NCBI GenBank assembly: GCA_029264685.1
Contig: JARHZW010000055.1
Coordinates: forward strand, 1,217 to 65,216
DNA length: 64,000 bases
Source: Candidatus Limivicinus sp.
Lineage (GTDB): Bacteria > Bacillota > Clostridia > Oscillospirales > Oscillospiraceae
Reading direction: 5' to 3'
The translations under genes and the position numbers were made by a program. The first letter of the stretch is position 1. Each line of letters begins with the position of its first letter. Below are positions 54,952 to 64,000 of the stretch, in pieces. The notes under the pieces are model-generated. The model did no database searches and was not told the origin of the DNA. It was given only the letters and a program-made list of their open reading frames with translations.

Positions 54952-55504
54952 AGATAAAAAGGAAAAGAAAGAAACCGCTCCTCAGACGGATGAAGAAGTG
55001 AAGGAAGAACAGTCTGAAGCTCCGCAGGCCGAGGAAGCAGTCAGTGAAGAACCGAAAGCCGAGGAAAAGACGGAAGCTTCCGCAGATGACGAGCTGGCAG
55101 CTCTCAACGACAAATATTTAAGAATATGTGCCGAGTATGACAACTTCCGCCGCCGCAGTCAGAAGGAAAAAACAGAAATTTACGCAGATGTTAAGGCAAG
55201 CGCCGTAAAATCTTTCCTGCCGGTGTACGACAATCTGGAAAGAGCCATTGCTCAGGAGACAAGCGACGAAGCCTATGCCAAGGGCGTGGAAATGATAATG
55301 TCTCAGTTTATGAAGACTCTTGAGGGACTTGGTGTGAGCAAAATAGCTGATGTAGGCGAAAAGTTCGACCCCAATCTTCACAATGCAGTAATGCATATTG
55401 ATGACGAGGAAAAGGGTGAGAACGAAATTGTAGAAGTCTTTCAGAAGGGCTTCATGCTTGGAGAAAAGGTTATCCGCTTCTCCATGGTAAAAGTGGCAAA
55501 CTAA
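54944..55504 (+). CDS. grpE: Nucleotide exchange factor GrpE
   Basis: YLRICAEYDNFRRRSQKE and FDPNLHNAVMH. The start at 54944 overlaps the hrcA stop. Confidence 0.95.
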   Translation: MSKDKKEKKETAPQTDEEVKEEQSEAPQAEEAVSEEPKAEEKTEASADDELAALNDKYLRICAEYDNFRRRSQKEKTEIYADVKASAVKSFLPVYDNLERAIAQETSDEAYAKGVEMIMSQFMKTLEGLGVSKIADVGEKFDPNLHNAVMHIDDEEKGENEIVEVFQKGFMLGEKVIRFSMVKVAN

Positions 55505-55570
55505 AGCGGAAACGCTTTAATTTATATATAATCATTTAAAATAATCTCGATATACAGGAGGAAAAATACA

Positions 55571-57427
55571 ATGGGTAAAATAATAGGCATAGATTTAGGT
55601 ACAACAAACAGCTGCGTAGCCGTTATGGAAGGCGGCGAAACCGTAGTTATTCCCAACGCTGAAGGAGCAAGAACCACTCCTTCCGTTGTTGCTTTCGCAA
55701 AGACAGGCGAGCGTATGGTAGGTCAGGTTGCAAAGCGTCAGGCTATCACAAACCCCGACCGCACTATTTCTTCCATCAAGCGTGAAATGGGCAGCGATTA
55801 CAAGGTAACAGTTGATAACAAGAGCTACACTCCTCAGGAGATTTCCGCAATGATCCTTCAGAAGCTGAAATCCGATGCAGAGGCATATCTGGGTCAGACT
55901 GTCACCGAAGCAGTTATCACCGTTCCTGCTTACTTCACAGATGCTCAGCGTCAGGCAACCAAAGACGCAGGTAAAATCGCAGGTCTTGAAGTAAAGCGTA
56001 TTATAAACGAGCCTACCGCAGCAGCTCTGGCTTACGGTCTGGATAAGGAAACCGATCAGAAGATCATGGTTTACGACCTTGGCGGCGGTACCTTCGATGT
56101 ATCCGTTCTTGAAATCGGCGACGGCGTCATTGATGTTCTGGCTACTGCCGGTAACAACCGTCTGGGCGGCGATGACTTTGACGAGTGCATCACCAAATAT
56201 CTTGTTGATGAATTCAAAAAGACTGAGGGCGTAGACCTGAGCGGTGACAAGGTTGCAATGCAGAGACTTCGTGAAGCCGCAGAAAAGGCAAAGGTTGAGC
56301 TGTCCGGCGTTACCACCTCCAACATCAACCTGCCCTACATCACCGCTGATGCCACCGGCCCCAAGCATCTGGATGTTACTCTTACAAGAGCAAAGTTCAA
56401 TGAGCTTACTCACCACCTTGTTGAAAAAACCATGGGTCCTGTTCGTCAGGCTCTGTCCGACTCCGGTCTCCAGCCCAGCGACATCACCAAGGTTCTGCTG
56501 GTCGGCGGTTCCAGCCGTATTCCCGCAGTTCAGGAAATGGTTAAGTCCATCATCGGCAAGGAAGGCTTCAAGGGCATTAACCCCGACGAGTGCGTTGCAA
56601 TGGGCGCTTCCATTCAGGGCGGCGTTCTCTCCGGCGATGTTGAGGGCATAGTTCTGGTTGACGTTACTCCTCTGTCTCTGGGCATTGAGACCCTGGGCGG
56701 TGTCTGCACCAAGCTCATCGAGCGCAACACCTCCATTCCTACCCGCAAGAGTCAGGTATTCTCCACCGCTGCTGACAACCAGACTTCCGTTGAAGTCAAT
56801 GTTCTTCAGGGTGAGCGTGAGATGGCCGCTTACAACAAGAGCCTTGGTCGCTTTAACCTTGACGGTATTGCTCCTGCCCGCCGTGGTGTTCCCCAGATAG
56901 AGGTTTCCTTTGACATTGACGCCAACGGTATCGTTAATGTCTCCGCCAAGGATCTGGGCACCGGCAAAGAGCAGCATATCACCATCACCGCCTCCTCCAA
57001 CATGTCCAAGGAGGACATCGACAAGGCAGTTAAAGAGGCCGAAATGTACGCAGCTGAGGACGCAAAGCGCAAAGAAGAAGTTGACGTACGCAATCAGGGC
57101 GACCAGATGGTCTACCAGACCGAAAAGACTCTGGCAGAAATGGGCGATAAGCTTGATGCTGCTGACAAGTCAGAGGTTGAAGCAAAGCTGGGTGCTTTGA
57201 AGACCGCTCTCACCGGTACAGATACCGCCGCTATAAAGAGCGCAACTGAGGAGCTCACTCAGGCTTTCTACAAAGTTTCCGAAAAGATGTATCAGGCTCA
57301 GGGCGGTCAGCCCGGTCAGGGCTTTGATCCTTCTCAGGCTCAGGGAGGCCCCGCCGGCGGCGCAAACTCCGGCGCTCAGGATTACTACGATGCTGACTAC
57401 ACCGTGGTTGACGACGACAATAAGTAA
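55571..57427 (+). CDS. dnaK: Molecular chaperone DnaK (Hsp70)
   Basis: [34 protein letters not shown]. Confidence 0.99.
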   Translation: MGKIIGIDLGTTNSCVAVMEGGETVVIPNAEGARTTPSVVAFAKTGERMVGQVAKRQAITNPDRTISSIKREMGSDYKVTVDNKSYTPQEISAMILQKLKSDAEAYLGQTVTEAVITVPAYFTDAQRQATKDAGKIAGLEVKRIINEPTAAALAYGLDKETDQKIMVYDLGGGTFDVSVLEIGDGVIDVLATAGNNRLGGDDFDECITKYLVDEFKKTEGVDLSGDKVAMQRLREAAEKAKVELSGVTTSNINLPYITADATGPKHLDVTLTRAKFNELTHHLVEKTMGPVRQALSDSGLQPSDITKVLLVGGSSRIPAVQEMVKSIIGKEGFKGINPDECVAMGASIQGGVLSGDVEGIVLVDVTPLSLGIETLGGVCTKLIERNTSIPTRKSQVFSTAADNQTSVEVNVLQGEREMAAYNKSLGRFNLDGIAPARRGVPQIEVSFDIDANGIVNVSAKDLGTGKEQHITITASSNMSKEDIDKAVKEAEMYAAEDAKRKEEVDVRNQGDQMVYQTEKTLAEMGDKLDAADKSEVEAKLGALKTALTGTDTAAIKSATEELTQAFYKVSEKMYQAQGGQPGQGFDPSQAQGGPAGGANSGAQDYYDADYTVVDDDNK

Positions 57428-57467
57428 TCCCATATAAACAATCAATCCCCAATCTTTCATATAGTTT

Positions 57468-57501
57468 CCATTAAGGCGAGGATTTTTCCCCGCCTTAATG
57501 G
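57468..57501 (+). other. Strong hairpin between dnaK and dnaJ with no T-run (processing/stability element or partial terminator)
   Basis: ccattaaggcg-aggatttttccc-cgccttaatgg. Confidence 0.5.
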
Positions 57502-57533
57502 ACTGTAAAAAGGAAAGTAGACAGGAGGGCTTT

Positions 57534-58667
57534 ATGGCAGGAAAAAGAGACTATTATGAGGTGCTGGGCGTAGAAAAAGGCGCCACAGCAGATGAAATAA
57601 AGAAAGCATACAGAAAAATCACCAAGGCTAATCACCCTGACCTGCACCCCGGTGATAAGGAATGTGAGGAACGCTTCAAAGAGGCAAACGAGGCCTACGA
57701 GGTTCTTTCCGATGAAGATAAGCGCAGAAAATACGATCAGTACGGTCATGCTGCTTTTGATCCCAACGCCGGCTTTGGCGGTGGCGGCGGGTTTGACGGT
57801 TTCGGCGGTTTCGGCGATTTAGGTGACATTTTCGGAGACATATTCGGCTTCGGCGGCGGACGTGCTTCCAGAAACCCCAACGCTCCCAGACGTGGTGACG
57901 ATCTTAGAGCCACTGTGAACATAAGCTTCGAGGAGGCAGCATTCGGCTGCGAAAAGGAAGTCAGCGTAACACCTATCGAGACCTGCACTGAGTGTAACGG
58001 CACAGGCTGCGCCCCCGGCACAACCGCCGAGATCTGCCCTGACTGCAAGGGTTCCGGCACTGTCCGCACTACTCAGCGCACTCCTTTCGGTATGGCGCAG
58101 TCCACTTCTCAGTGTACCAAGTGCCACGGTTCAGGCAAAATAATCCATCAGCCCTGCAAGACCTGCAAGGGTCTGGGTAAGGTTCGCCGTCAGCGCAAGA
58201 TAAAAATTAAAGTTCCCGCAGGTATAGATGACGGTCAGACTCTTTCCATTTCCGGAAAGGGCAACGCCGGTGTCAACGGCGGTCCTGCCGGCGATTTGAG
58301 AGTAACGGTTATCGTCCGTCCCCACGCACAGTTTGAGCGTGACGGAAGCTCCGTTCTTTTAAACCAACAGATAAGCTTTGCTCAGGCTGTTCTTGGCGCT
58401 GACATCGAAGTTCCCACTCTCGACGGCAAGGTCAAGCTCACCGTTCCCGAAGGCACCCAGCCCGGCGCCGTTTTCAGGCTCCGTGGAAAGGGTATCCCCT
58501 ACCTGCACGGCGGCGGACGAGGCGACCAGTTCATTACCGTCAGCATAGCAGTGCCTAAAGGTCTTACCAATTCCCAGAAGGAGCATTTGAGAGCTTTTGC
58601 ATCCTCCATGGGAGAAAATGACTTGGGCGGCGGTAAAACCGGTATATTCGGCAAACACAAAAAATAA
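57534..58667 (+). CDS. dnaJ: Co-chaperone DnaJ
   Basis: J-domain [13 protein letters not shown] region, four CxxCxGxG zinc motifs. ATG at 57534 follows AGGAGG. Confidence 0.97.
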   Translation: MAGKRDYYEVLGVEKGATADEIKKAYRKITKANHPDLHPGDKECEERFKEANEAYEVLSDEDKRRKYDQYGHAAFDPNAGFGGGGGFDGFGGFGDLGDIFGDIFGFGGGRASRNPNAPRRGDDLRATVNISFEEAAFGCEKEVSVTPIETCTECNGTGCAPGTTAEICPDCKGSGTVRTTQRTPFGMAQSTSQCTKCHGSGKIIHQPCKTCKGLGKVRRQRKIKIKVPAGIDDGQTLSISGKGNAGVNGGPAGDLRVTVIVRPHAQFERDGSSVLLNQQISFAQAVLGADIEVPTLDGKVKLTVPEGTQPGAVFRLRGKGIPYLHGGGRGDQFITVSIAVPKGLTNSQKEHLRAFASSMGENDLGGGKTGIFGKHKK

Positions 58668-58672
58668 AGCTT

Positions 58673-58708
58673 AAAAGACTTCGGAATTTAATTCCGGAGT
58701 CTTTTTTT
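58673..58708 (+). terminator. Terminator after dnaJ
   Basis: aaaagacttcggaat-ttaa-ttccggagtcttttttt. Confidence 0.85.
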
Positions 58709-58772
58709 GTTTGTATTTTTCCAAAAATATGTTATTCTGTTTATATAAATTGCTTTAAAAAGGAGTGAGCTA

Positions 58773-59117
58773 ATGGAACATTTCATGCGTTTAAATGCCC
58801 GTCCTTTTGAACTGATAAAAAGCGGGCAGAAAACTATAGAGCTGCGTCTTTATGATGACAAACGCAAGAAAATAAAGCCTGGAGACCTGATTAAATTTAC
58901 GAATGTCGAAAACGGCGGCACTGTAATTTGTCAGGTTGTGAAACTGCATCTTTTTCCATCTTTTGCCCGACTGTATAGCAGTCTGTCGCTATTCAAATGC
59001 GGATACACGGAAGAAGATATAGGCAGAGCTGACGCTAAAGATATGGACCAATACTACTCCCCGGAGGAGCAAAGCAAATACAGTGTTGTTGGTATAGAAC
59101 TAAGCCTTTTGTCATAA
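58773..59117 (+). CDS. ASCH (PUA-like) domain protein
   Basis: RPFELIKSGQKTIELRLYDDKRKKIKPGDLIKF. 114 aa. Confidence 0.75.
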   Translation: MEHFMRLNARPFELIKSGQKTIELRLYDDKRKKIKPGDLIKFTNVENGGTVICQVVKLHLFPSFARLYSSLSLFKCGYTEEDIGRADAKDMDQYYSPEEQSKYSVVGIELSLLS

Positions 59118-59152
59118 GTAAGCATTTGTTTTAAATAAGAAAGGAGCGCAAT

Positions 59153-59431
59153 ATGTGGATTGTATTAGGAACTTCAGCAATAATTACCGCTATATTTAAC
59201 CTGTTGTGGTATATCAGAAACAAAGATCCCAAATGGTTTCGCTTTATCAGCCTGGCTCTGACAGCCTTAACGCTCTGCGCCTTTTACAGCATAAATGCTC
59301 AATGGGTAGTGAACAAGGACTGGGCTGCTCTCATGGATGTTGCCCCCACCATGTCGGAAACCTTATGGAAGCTCACATTTCTTTCAATAATGATCAACGG
59401 CATTTCTCTTTTCAGAAAAAACAGCCGTTGA
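59153..59431 (+). CDS. 92-aa three-TM membrane protein, hypothetical
   Basis: AAGGAG RBS and hydrophobic helices. The overlapping ORF 59206..59583 is out of frame and has no RBS. Confidence 0.6.
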   Translation: MWIVLGTSAIITAIFNLLWYIRNKDPKWFRFISLALTALTLCAFYSINAQWVVNKDWAALMDVAPTMSETLWKLTFLSIMINGISLFRKNSR

Positions 59432-59522
59432 AAATTGGATCTGTTTTATGCATCGGCGTTAATTTTTATTCTTTTCTTAGTGAATATTTATTCTCTTTTC
59501 TCCTCAAAAAGGATTTTATAAA

Positions 59523-59555
59523 GCTGAAAGCTCCGGAATTTTCGGAGCTTTCAGC
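59523..59555 (+). terminator. Perfect 13-bp hairpin after the small membrane gene (weak T-run)
   Basis: gctgaaagctccg-gaatttt-cggagctttcagc. Confidence 0.55.
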
Positions 59556-59673
59556 CTTTCAAGCTTTCTTCAGCTTACTTTAATTAACAGTTTATTAAAG
59601 ATTGCCAAATTTTAAATTAGAACAAAAAAGGAAGGTGAAATTATATAATATGTCCAAAAAGTTCTCAGAGCTC

Positions 59674-59701
59674 TTGACAATCTTACATATATCTATATAA
59701 T
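59674..59701 (+). promoter_or_regulatory. Sigma-A promoter about 240 nt upstream of the TRAP operon
   Basis: TTGACA (59674-59679), 16 nt, TATAAT (59696-59701). Confidence 0.65.
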
Positions 59702-59830
59702 TAAATAGACTCATGGGATGCGTATTTATTGTTTATGTTTAGACATTTTGCGGCATGGGAAGATATGATGTTTTTGATTTCTTTTAACAGACATCGGGAA
59801 GCATCAGCTGAGAGGTTATAAAGCAGATTT

Positions 59831-59866
59831 GAGAACTGAAAATTTTTTCAAGTTCTCTTTTTCTTT
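59831..59866 (+). terminator. Intrinsic terminator inside the TRAP leader, about 70 nt before dctP
   Basis: gagaactgaaaa-tt-ttttcaagttctc followed by tttttcttt. Confidence 0.7.
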
Positions 59867-59937
59867 GCAATCCGCCTTGTTTGAATACAATAAGCAAAAA
59901 TGAGTTACCAAAATTTAATTTCATAAGGAGAACTATT

Positions 59938-60948
59938 ATGAAAAAGATTCTTGCACTGCTCCTTGCTCTCTGCATGGTCCTGCCTCTTGCAGCCTGCGGA
60001 GACAGCAAGCAGCCTGAGGCTGAGGGTGACTTCCATCTGGTTCTGAAGCTCAGCCATGTTTTTGCCCCCGGTGAGGCACTCACCAAGACTATGGATTCCA
60101 TAGCCGATCGCATAAAGGAGAGAACCAACGGCGCCATTGAAATCCAGACCTTCCCCCAGGGCCAGCTCGCCACCTACAAAGACGGTCTTGAGCAGGTCGT
60201 AAGAGGCTCTGAGTTCATTTCCGTAGAAGATCCCTCCTATCTGGGTGACTATGTTCCCGACTTCAACATTCTTGCAGGTCCTATGCTGGTAAGCAGCTTT
60301 GAGGAGTATGAATATCTCCTCCAGTCCGATGAGGTCAAGGCCATGTTTGAGGCCGCTGAGCAGAAGGGCATCAAGATTCTGAATCTGGACTACATTTTCG
60401 GTTTCAGAAGCATGATGACCAACAAGGTCATTGAAAAGCCCGAAGATCTCAAGGGTCTGCAGATCCGTACCCCCGGCAGCCAGCTCTACGTTGACACCAT
60501 AAACCACATGGGTGCAACCGCAGTTCCCCTGCCCTTCTCCGAGACCATTTCTGCCGTTCAGCAGGGTGTTGTTGACGGTCTTGAAGGCACCATTGACGCC
60601 TATGCCACCAACGGCAGCGCCGAGGTTGCAAAGAACATGGCTCTCACCAAGCACCTTCTGGGTGTTTGCGGTGCCTACATCAGCACCAAGGTTTGGGACA
60701 CTATCCCCGAAGAATACCAGATAATCATTCAGGAAGAGTTCAATGCCGGCGCCGCTGAGATGGTAAAAACCATTGCAGAGGGCGAGGCTGCAACCAGAGC
60801 AAAGCTGGAAGAAGAGATGGGAATTAGCTTCAACGAAGTTGATTCCGCAGCTTTCCAGGAAAAGGTTGCTCCTATCTACGACAATATGCCCGGCGTAACT
60901 CCCGGTCTTTACGACAGATTCAAGGAGATCATCGCAGAAATGCCCTGA
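59938..60948 (+). CDS. dctP: TRAP transporter substrate-binding lipoprotein (DctP family)
   Basis: Lipobox LPLAACG. ATG at 59938 follows AAGGAGAA. Followed by DctQ- and DctM-type genes. Confidence 0.9.
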   Translation: MKKILALLLALCMVLPLAACGDSKQPEAEGDFHLVLKLSHVFAPGEALTKTMDSIADRIKERTNGAIEIQTFPQGQLATYKDGLEQVVRGSEFISVEDPSYLGDYVPDFNILAGPMLVSSFEEYEYLLQSDEVKAMFEAAEQKGIKILNLDYIFGFRSMMTNKVIEKPEDLKGLQIRTPGSQLYVDTINHMGATAVPLPFSETISAVQQGVVDGLEGTIDAYATNGSAEVAKNMALTKHLLGVCGAYISTKVWDTIPEEYQIIIQEEFNAGAAEMVKTIAEGEAATRAKLEEEMGISFNEVDSAAFQEKVAPIYDNMPGVTPGLYDRFKEIIAEMP

Positions 60949-60990
60949 TTCTTTTCCCAGGTCTACACCATAGCAGATTTATTGCACTTT

Positions 60991-61024
60991 ATGTGGAGGG
61001 GCTAATACTCCTCCACATTTTTTT
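60991..61024 (+). terminator. Strong intercistronic terminator between dctP and dctQ
   Basis: atgtggagg-ggctaatact-cctccacat followed by ttttttt. Confidence 0.8.
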
Positions 61025-61039
61025 GAGAGGGTCTTTTCC

Positions 61040-61525
61040 ATGAAAAAATGTTTAAAAACACTTTTTGATAACTTTGAAATCATCTTTTCCAGCATTTTCA
61101 TTATAATTACCACAGTTCTTGTACTTGTTAACGTTGTTATGCGTTATTTCTTCCACAGCGGTATTTACTGGACTGTTGAGGTCACTACAAGTTGCTTTGT
61201 ATGGAGCGTGTTTCTCGGTGCCGCCGGCGCATACCGCCGCAACATGCACATAGGCGTAGATATTCTTGTAAATAAACTGCCTGAGACTTTAAGAAAAATA
61301 GTTGAGACCATTGTTAAAATTATTCTTCTCGTCATCAACGCCTACATTCTTTATCTCAGCATTATTTTCGTCAAAAATTCGTATATTAAGCCGACTCAGG
61401 TACTTGGTATTTCCTCCGCCTGGGTAAGCAGCTCACTGATAGTAAGCTTCGGTTTGACAACAATATATTCTATTCAGAACCTGATTCTCAGCCTAAAAAG
61501 CTTTGCAGTCAAAAAGGAGGCATAA
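61040..61525 (+). CDS. dctQ: TRAP transporter small permease (DctQ family)
   Basis: 161 aa, 4 TM, between the DctP and DctM genes. Confidence 0.85.
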   Translation: MKKCLKTLFDNFEIIFSSIFIIITTVLVLVNVVMRYFFHSGIYWTVEVTTSCFVWSVFLGAAGAYRRNMHIGVDILVNKLPETLRKIVETIVKIILLVINAYILYLSIIFVKNSYIKPTQVLGISSAWVSSSLIVSFGLTTIYSIQNLILSLKSFAVKKEA

Positions 61526-61528
61526 GGA

Positions 61529-62815
61529 ATGGCATTTTTACCTATAATTTTAGTGTTTATACTCTATTTCTCCGGTATTCCGATTGCCTTTGCACTGCTG
61601 GGCTCATCTTTATTTTACTTTGGAGTTATGAATACAGGTGCTGCACCTGACCTTATATTGCAGAAGTTTATAACCAGCACCCAGTCCTTCCCCCTGTTGG
61701 CAATTCCCTTCTTCGTTATGGCCGGCTCAATAATGAACTATTCCGGTATCAGCGCAAAGCTTATGAGCTTTGCAGAGGTTCTGATGGGCCACAAGCCCGG
61801 CGGACTTGCTCAGGTTAACGTACTGCTCAGTATGCTCATGGGCGGTGTTTCAGGCTCTGCAAATGCTGACTGCGCCATGCAGTCCAAAATGCTGGTCCCC
61901 GAAATGGAGAAGAGAGGCTACTCCAAAGGCTTCTCCTCCGCAATTACCGCCGCTTCCTCAGCAGTAACTCCCGTTATTCCTCCCGGAATAAACCTTATCG
62001 TTTATGCTCTTATTGCAGGTGTAAGCGTTGGTAAAATGTTCCTTGCCGGCTATGTGCCCGGTATCATAATGGCAATTGCTCTTATGATAACTGTACACAT
62101 TATCTCCAAAAAGCGTGGTTACGGCGCAGACAGACCTACAAAAGCCAGCGGAAAAGAGATACTCAAGCAGGGTCTTGACTCTTTGTGGGCTCTTCTTTTC
62201 CCCTTCGGCATAATAGCCCTTTTAAGACTGGGCGTAATAACCCCCTCTGAAACAGGTGCTGTTGCCGTTCTTTACTGCCTCATAGTGGGTCTTTTTATAT
62301 ACCGTCAGCTTAAATGGGAGCATGTTTCCGTTATTCTCAAGGAGACCGTAGAAGGCACAGCCAGTGTTGTTCTCATAATCGTTGCTGCCAATGTTTTCGG
62401 ATATTACATGACTTGGGAACGTATTCCCCAGATGCTCACCGAGCTTCTTCTCGGAATCACTCAGAACAAGTGGGTCATGCTCCTCATCATAAACGTACTG
62501 CTGCTCATTCTGGGTATGTTCCTTGAAGGCGGCGCATGTATAATCATTCTTGCACCCCTGCTTTGCCCCGTTGCCCAGCAGCTTGGCATAGACCTTATAC
62601 ACTTCGGTCTTGTCTGCATTGTGAACATAATGATTGGCGGACTCACACCTCCCTTTGGTTCTATGATGTTTACAACCTGCCAGATAACGGGCTGCGAACT
62701 CAACGACTTTGTGAAGGAAGCATTGCCTATGATGCTGGCACTTCTGATTGCATTGATCGTCATAACCTATCTGCCGTGGCTTACCACTTTCATACCAAAT
62801 CTGGTATTCGGCTAA
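61529..62815 (+). CDS. dctM: TRAP transporter large permease (DctM family)
   Basis: 428 aa and polytopic, with FVMAGSIMNYSGIS typical of DctM. Confidence 0.9.
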   Translation: MAFLPIILVFILYFSGIPIAFALLGSSLFYFGVMNTGAAPDLILQKFITSTQSFPLLAIPFFVMAGSIMNYSGISAKLMSFAEVLMGHKPGGLAQVNVLLSMLMGGVSGSANADCAMQSKMLVPEMEKRGYSKGFSSAITAASSAVTPVIPPGINLIVYALIAGVSVGKMFLAGYVPGIIMAIALMITVHIISKKRGYGADRPTKASGKEILKQGLDSLWALLFPFGIIALLRLGVITPSETGAVAVLYCLIVGLFIYRQLKWEHVSVILKETVEGTASVVLIIVAANVFGYYMTWERIPQMLTELLLGITQNKWVMLLIINVLLLILGMFLEGGACIIILAPLLCPVAQQLGIDLIHFGLVCIVNIMIGGLTPPFGSMMFTTCQITGCELNDFVKEALPMMLALLIALIVITYLPWLTTFIPNLVFG

Positions 62816-62904
62816 GACAGATCTTCAAGGCTGCATTCAGCTTCCCTCGCAGATGCGCCCTGACATACAGTTAATATTACATTAAAATGCAGCTGCAAAA
62901 AAAT

Positions 62905-62948
62905 AAAGCCCGGTTAAGCATTGTGCCTAACCGGGCTTTCAGCTTTTG
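62905..62948 (+). terminator. Terminator after dctM
   Basis: aaagcccggttaagc-attgt-gcctaaccgggcttt then cagctttt. Confidence 0.8.
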
Positions 62949-63140
62949 ATATAGACCACGCAGATAACGAAATAAATCAAAATCTACAATAGTAACTCTA
63001 TGCTTATCCAAATTCGCTGCAGTCAGTCTCAAAGAACAACTGAAATACAATAAGAATCTTAAAATCTTTTAAATTTTGCGTTGATTTTGTTATTCTTTTA
63101 TTCATGCTTAATTTATAATTGATAACAATGCTTTGCTGTT

Positions 63141-64000
63141 TTAGAACTCCATGATTACTTTTAAGACAGGTTCTGGACGCTTATGTGCCATATACATAGC
63201 CTCTTTAAATTTCTCAATAGGATATTTATGAGTTATAAGTTTATCTAGATCCATAAACCCCTCAGCAGTGGCTTTGCACACAAGCTCAAAATCTTTACGC
63301 TGATACATGTTGTACGCCTTGAATTCCAATTCATGCTGCTGATGCACACGATAAGGAAATGAAAGTCCATCAAGCATAAGAGCATGCTGAACAATAGTTC
63401 CGCCCCTTCTTGTTATATCACACGCCTGTACAAGTGTTGGCTCATCTCCGTAAGCAAGAATAGTAACATCCGCTCCTACACCGTCGGTAAAATCCATAAC
63501 ACGCTGATAAAGGTCTTCATTTTTTGAATTTATGGTACATTCACATCCCATCTCTCTGACCTTCTGAAGGTTAAAGTCTGAAATGTCCACCATAACTATC
63601 TTTTTTGGATTGTAAAGTTTGGCGCAAAGATAATCACCAACACCTATTGGACCTGTTCCCATAACAACAATATTGGTTTCAGCCCCAATTTCGGTGTGCC
63701 GAACAGCATACATTCCATTTGCAACGGTCTCAATTAGAGCTCCCTGTTCAAAACTAAGGTTGTCAGGAAGATCTACAACAGTACGCTCAGGAGTAACAAT
63801 GTATTCCCCAAGACCTCCGCTCCATCCCCCCGAGCCCAAAACCTTTTTACTCGTGCAGAGATTATACAGATCATGTTTGCAGTACCAACATTCACCGCAT
63901 CCATACTGCGGTTCTACGCAAACTCTATCGCCAGCCTTAAAGTTTGTAACATTCTTGCCAACTTCAACTACTACCCCTGCAACTTCATGTCCTGAAACCA
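63141..64000 (-). CDS. Zinc-dependent medium-chain dehydrogenase/reductase (sorbitol/threonine dehydrogenase-like). The 5' end lies beyond the right edge.
   Basis: Reading past the track start (a TTG at 63839) gives ..GHEVAGVVVEVGKNVTNFKAGDRVCVEPQYGCGECWYCKHDLYNLC.. (catalytic and structural Zn motifs) and the NAD fold VVMGTGPIGV. Confidence 0.85.
   Translation of the reverse strand, partial: VSGHEVAGVVVEVGKNVTNFKAGDRVCVEPQYGCGECWYCKHDLYNLCTSKKVLGSGGWSGGLGEYIVTPERTVVDLPDNLSFEQGALIETVANGMYAVRHTEIGAETNIVVMGTGPIGVGDYLCAKLYNPKKIVMVDISDFNLQKVREMGCECTINSKNEDLYQRVMDFTDGVGADVTILAYGDEPTLVQACDITRRGGTIVQHALMLDGLSFPYRVHQQHELEFKAYNMYQRKDFELVCKATAEGFMDLDKLITHKYPIEKFKEAMYMAHKRPEPVLKVIMEF

Noticed and set aside
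55595-56977. 460-aa ORF antisense to dnaK
   Set aside because: It lies fully inside dnaK on the opposite strand and has no RBS. The composition is low-information and Gly/Ala/Asn/Leu-rich. Long stop-free antisense frames are a well-known consequence of Hsp70 codon usage.
62950-63140. 33-aa minus-strand ORF (MNKRITKSTQNLKDF..) in the AT-rich spacer
   Set aside because: It has no RBS, and ORFs arise easily in AT-rich sequence. There is nothing to support it.

Overview
A 64-kb chromosomal segment that looks like an endospore-forming Firmicute of the Clostridia type. This is an inference from spo0A with upstream 0A boxes, spoVT, spoVAC, a spoVK-like AAA+ gene, holB-ricT synteny, a CIRCE/hrcA-grpE-dnaK-dnaJ operon and a SAM-I riboswitch on metK. 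I support about 60 protein genes, one tRNA-Ser(GGA), one SAM-I riboswitch, one CIRCE operator and many intrinsic terminators. I saw no rRNA, CRISPR array, transposase, integrase or phage structural genes. Most of the window is housekeeping: holB, ricT, def-like, an ABC-F ATPase, cutC, hup, gap, metK, tsf, rpsB, rsmE and the dnaK operon, interleaved with transporters (NSS, ClC, MFS, TRAP). The parts not explained by ordinary annotation are listed here. (1) Two diverged copies of a 2-hydroxyacyl-CoA-dehydratase-type gene pair (1..2169 and 8274..11092) have no activator ATPase or CoA-transferase anywhere in the window; copy 2 carries a tail of a 52-aa membrane peptide and an 89-aa four-Cys rubredoxin-like protein. 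(2) A tightly packed five-gene operon of unrecognisable, mostly membrane proteins lies at 43399..47693; it includes a 705-aa polytopic protein with an embedded zinc ribbon, and a TM-hairpin plus PH-like module that recurs in a second gene. (3) An orphan cytoplasmic histidine-kinase-like protein appears to have Cys where the phospho-accepting His should be. (4) The TRAP transporter is preceded by a promoter-plus-terminator leader that could be a new cis-regulator or an sRNA. (5) Smaller oddities include a RicT with a roughly 160-aa basic tail, a short deformylase with an altered motif 1, a solitary spoVAC, a GNAT gene remnant and a GC drop at the right edge. All functional calls come from reading motifs by eye; no database search was run.
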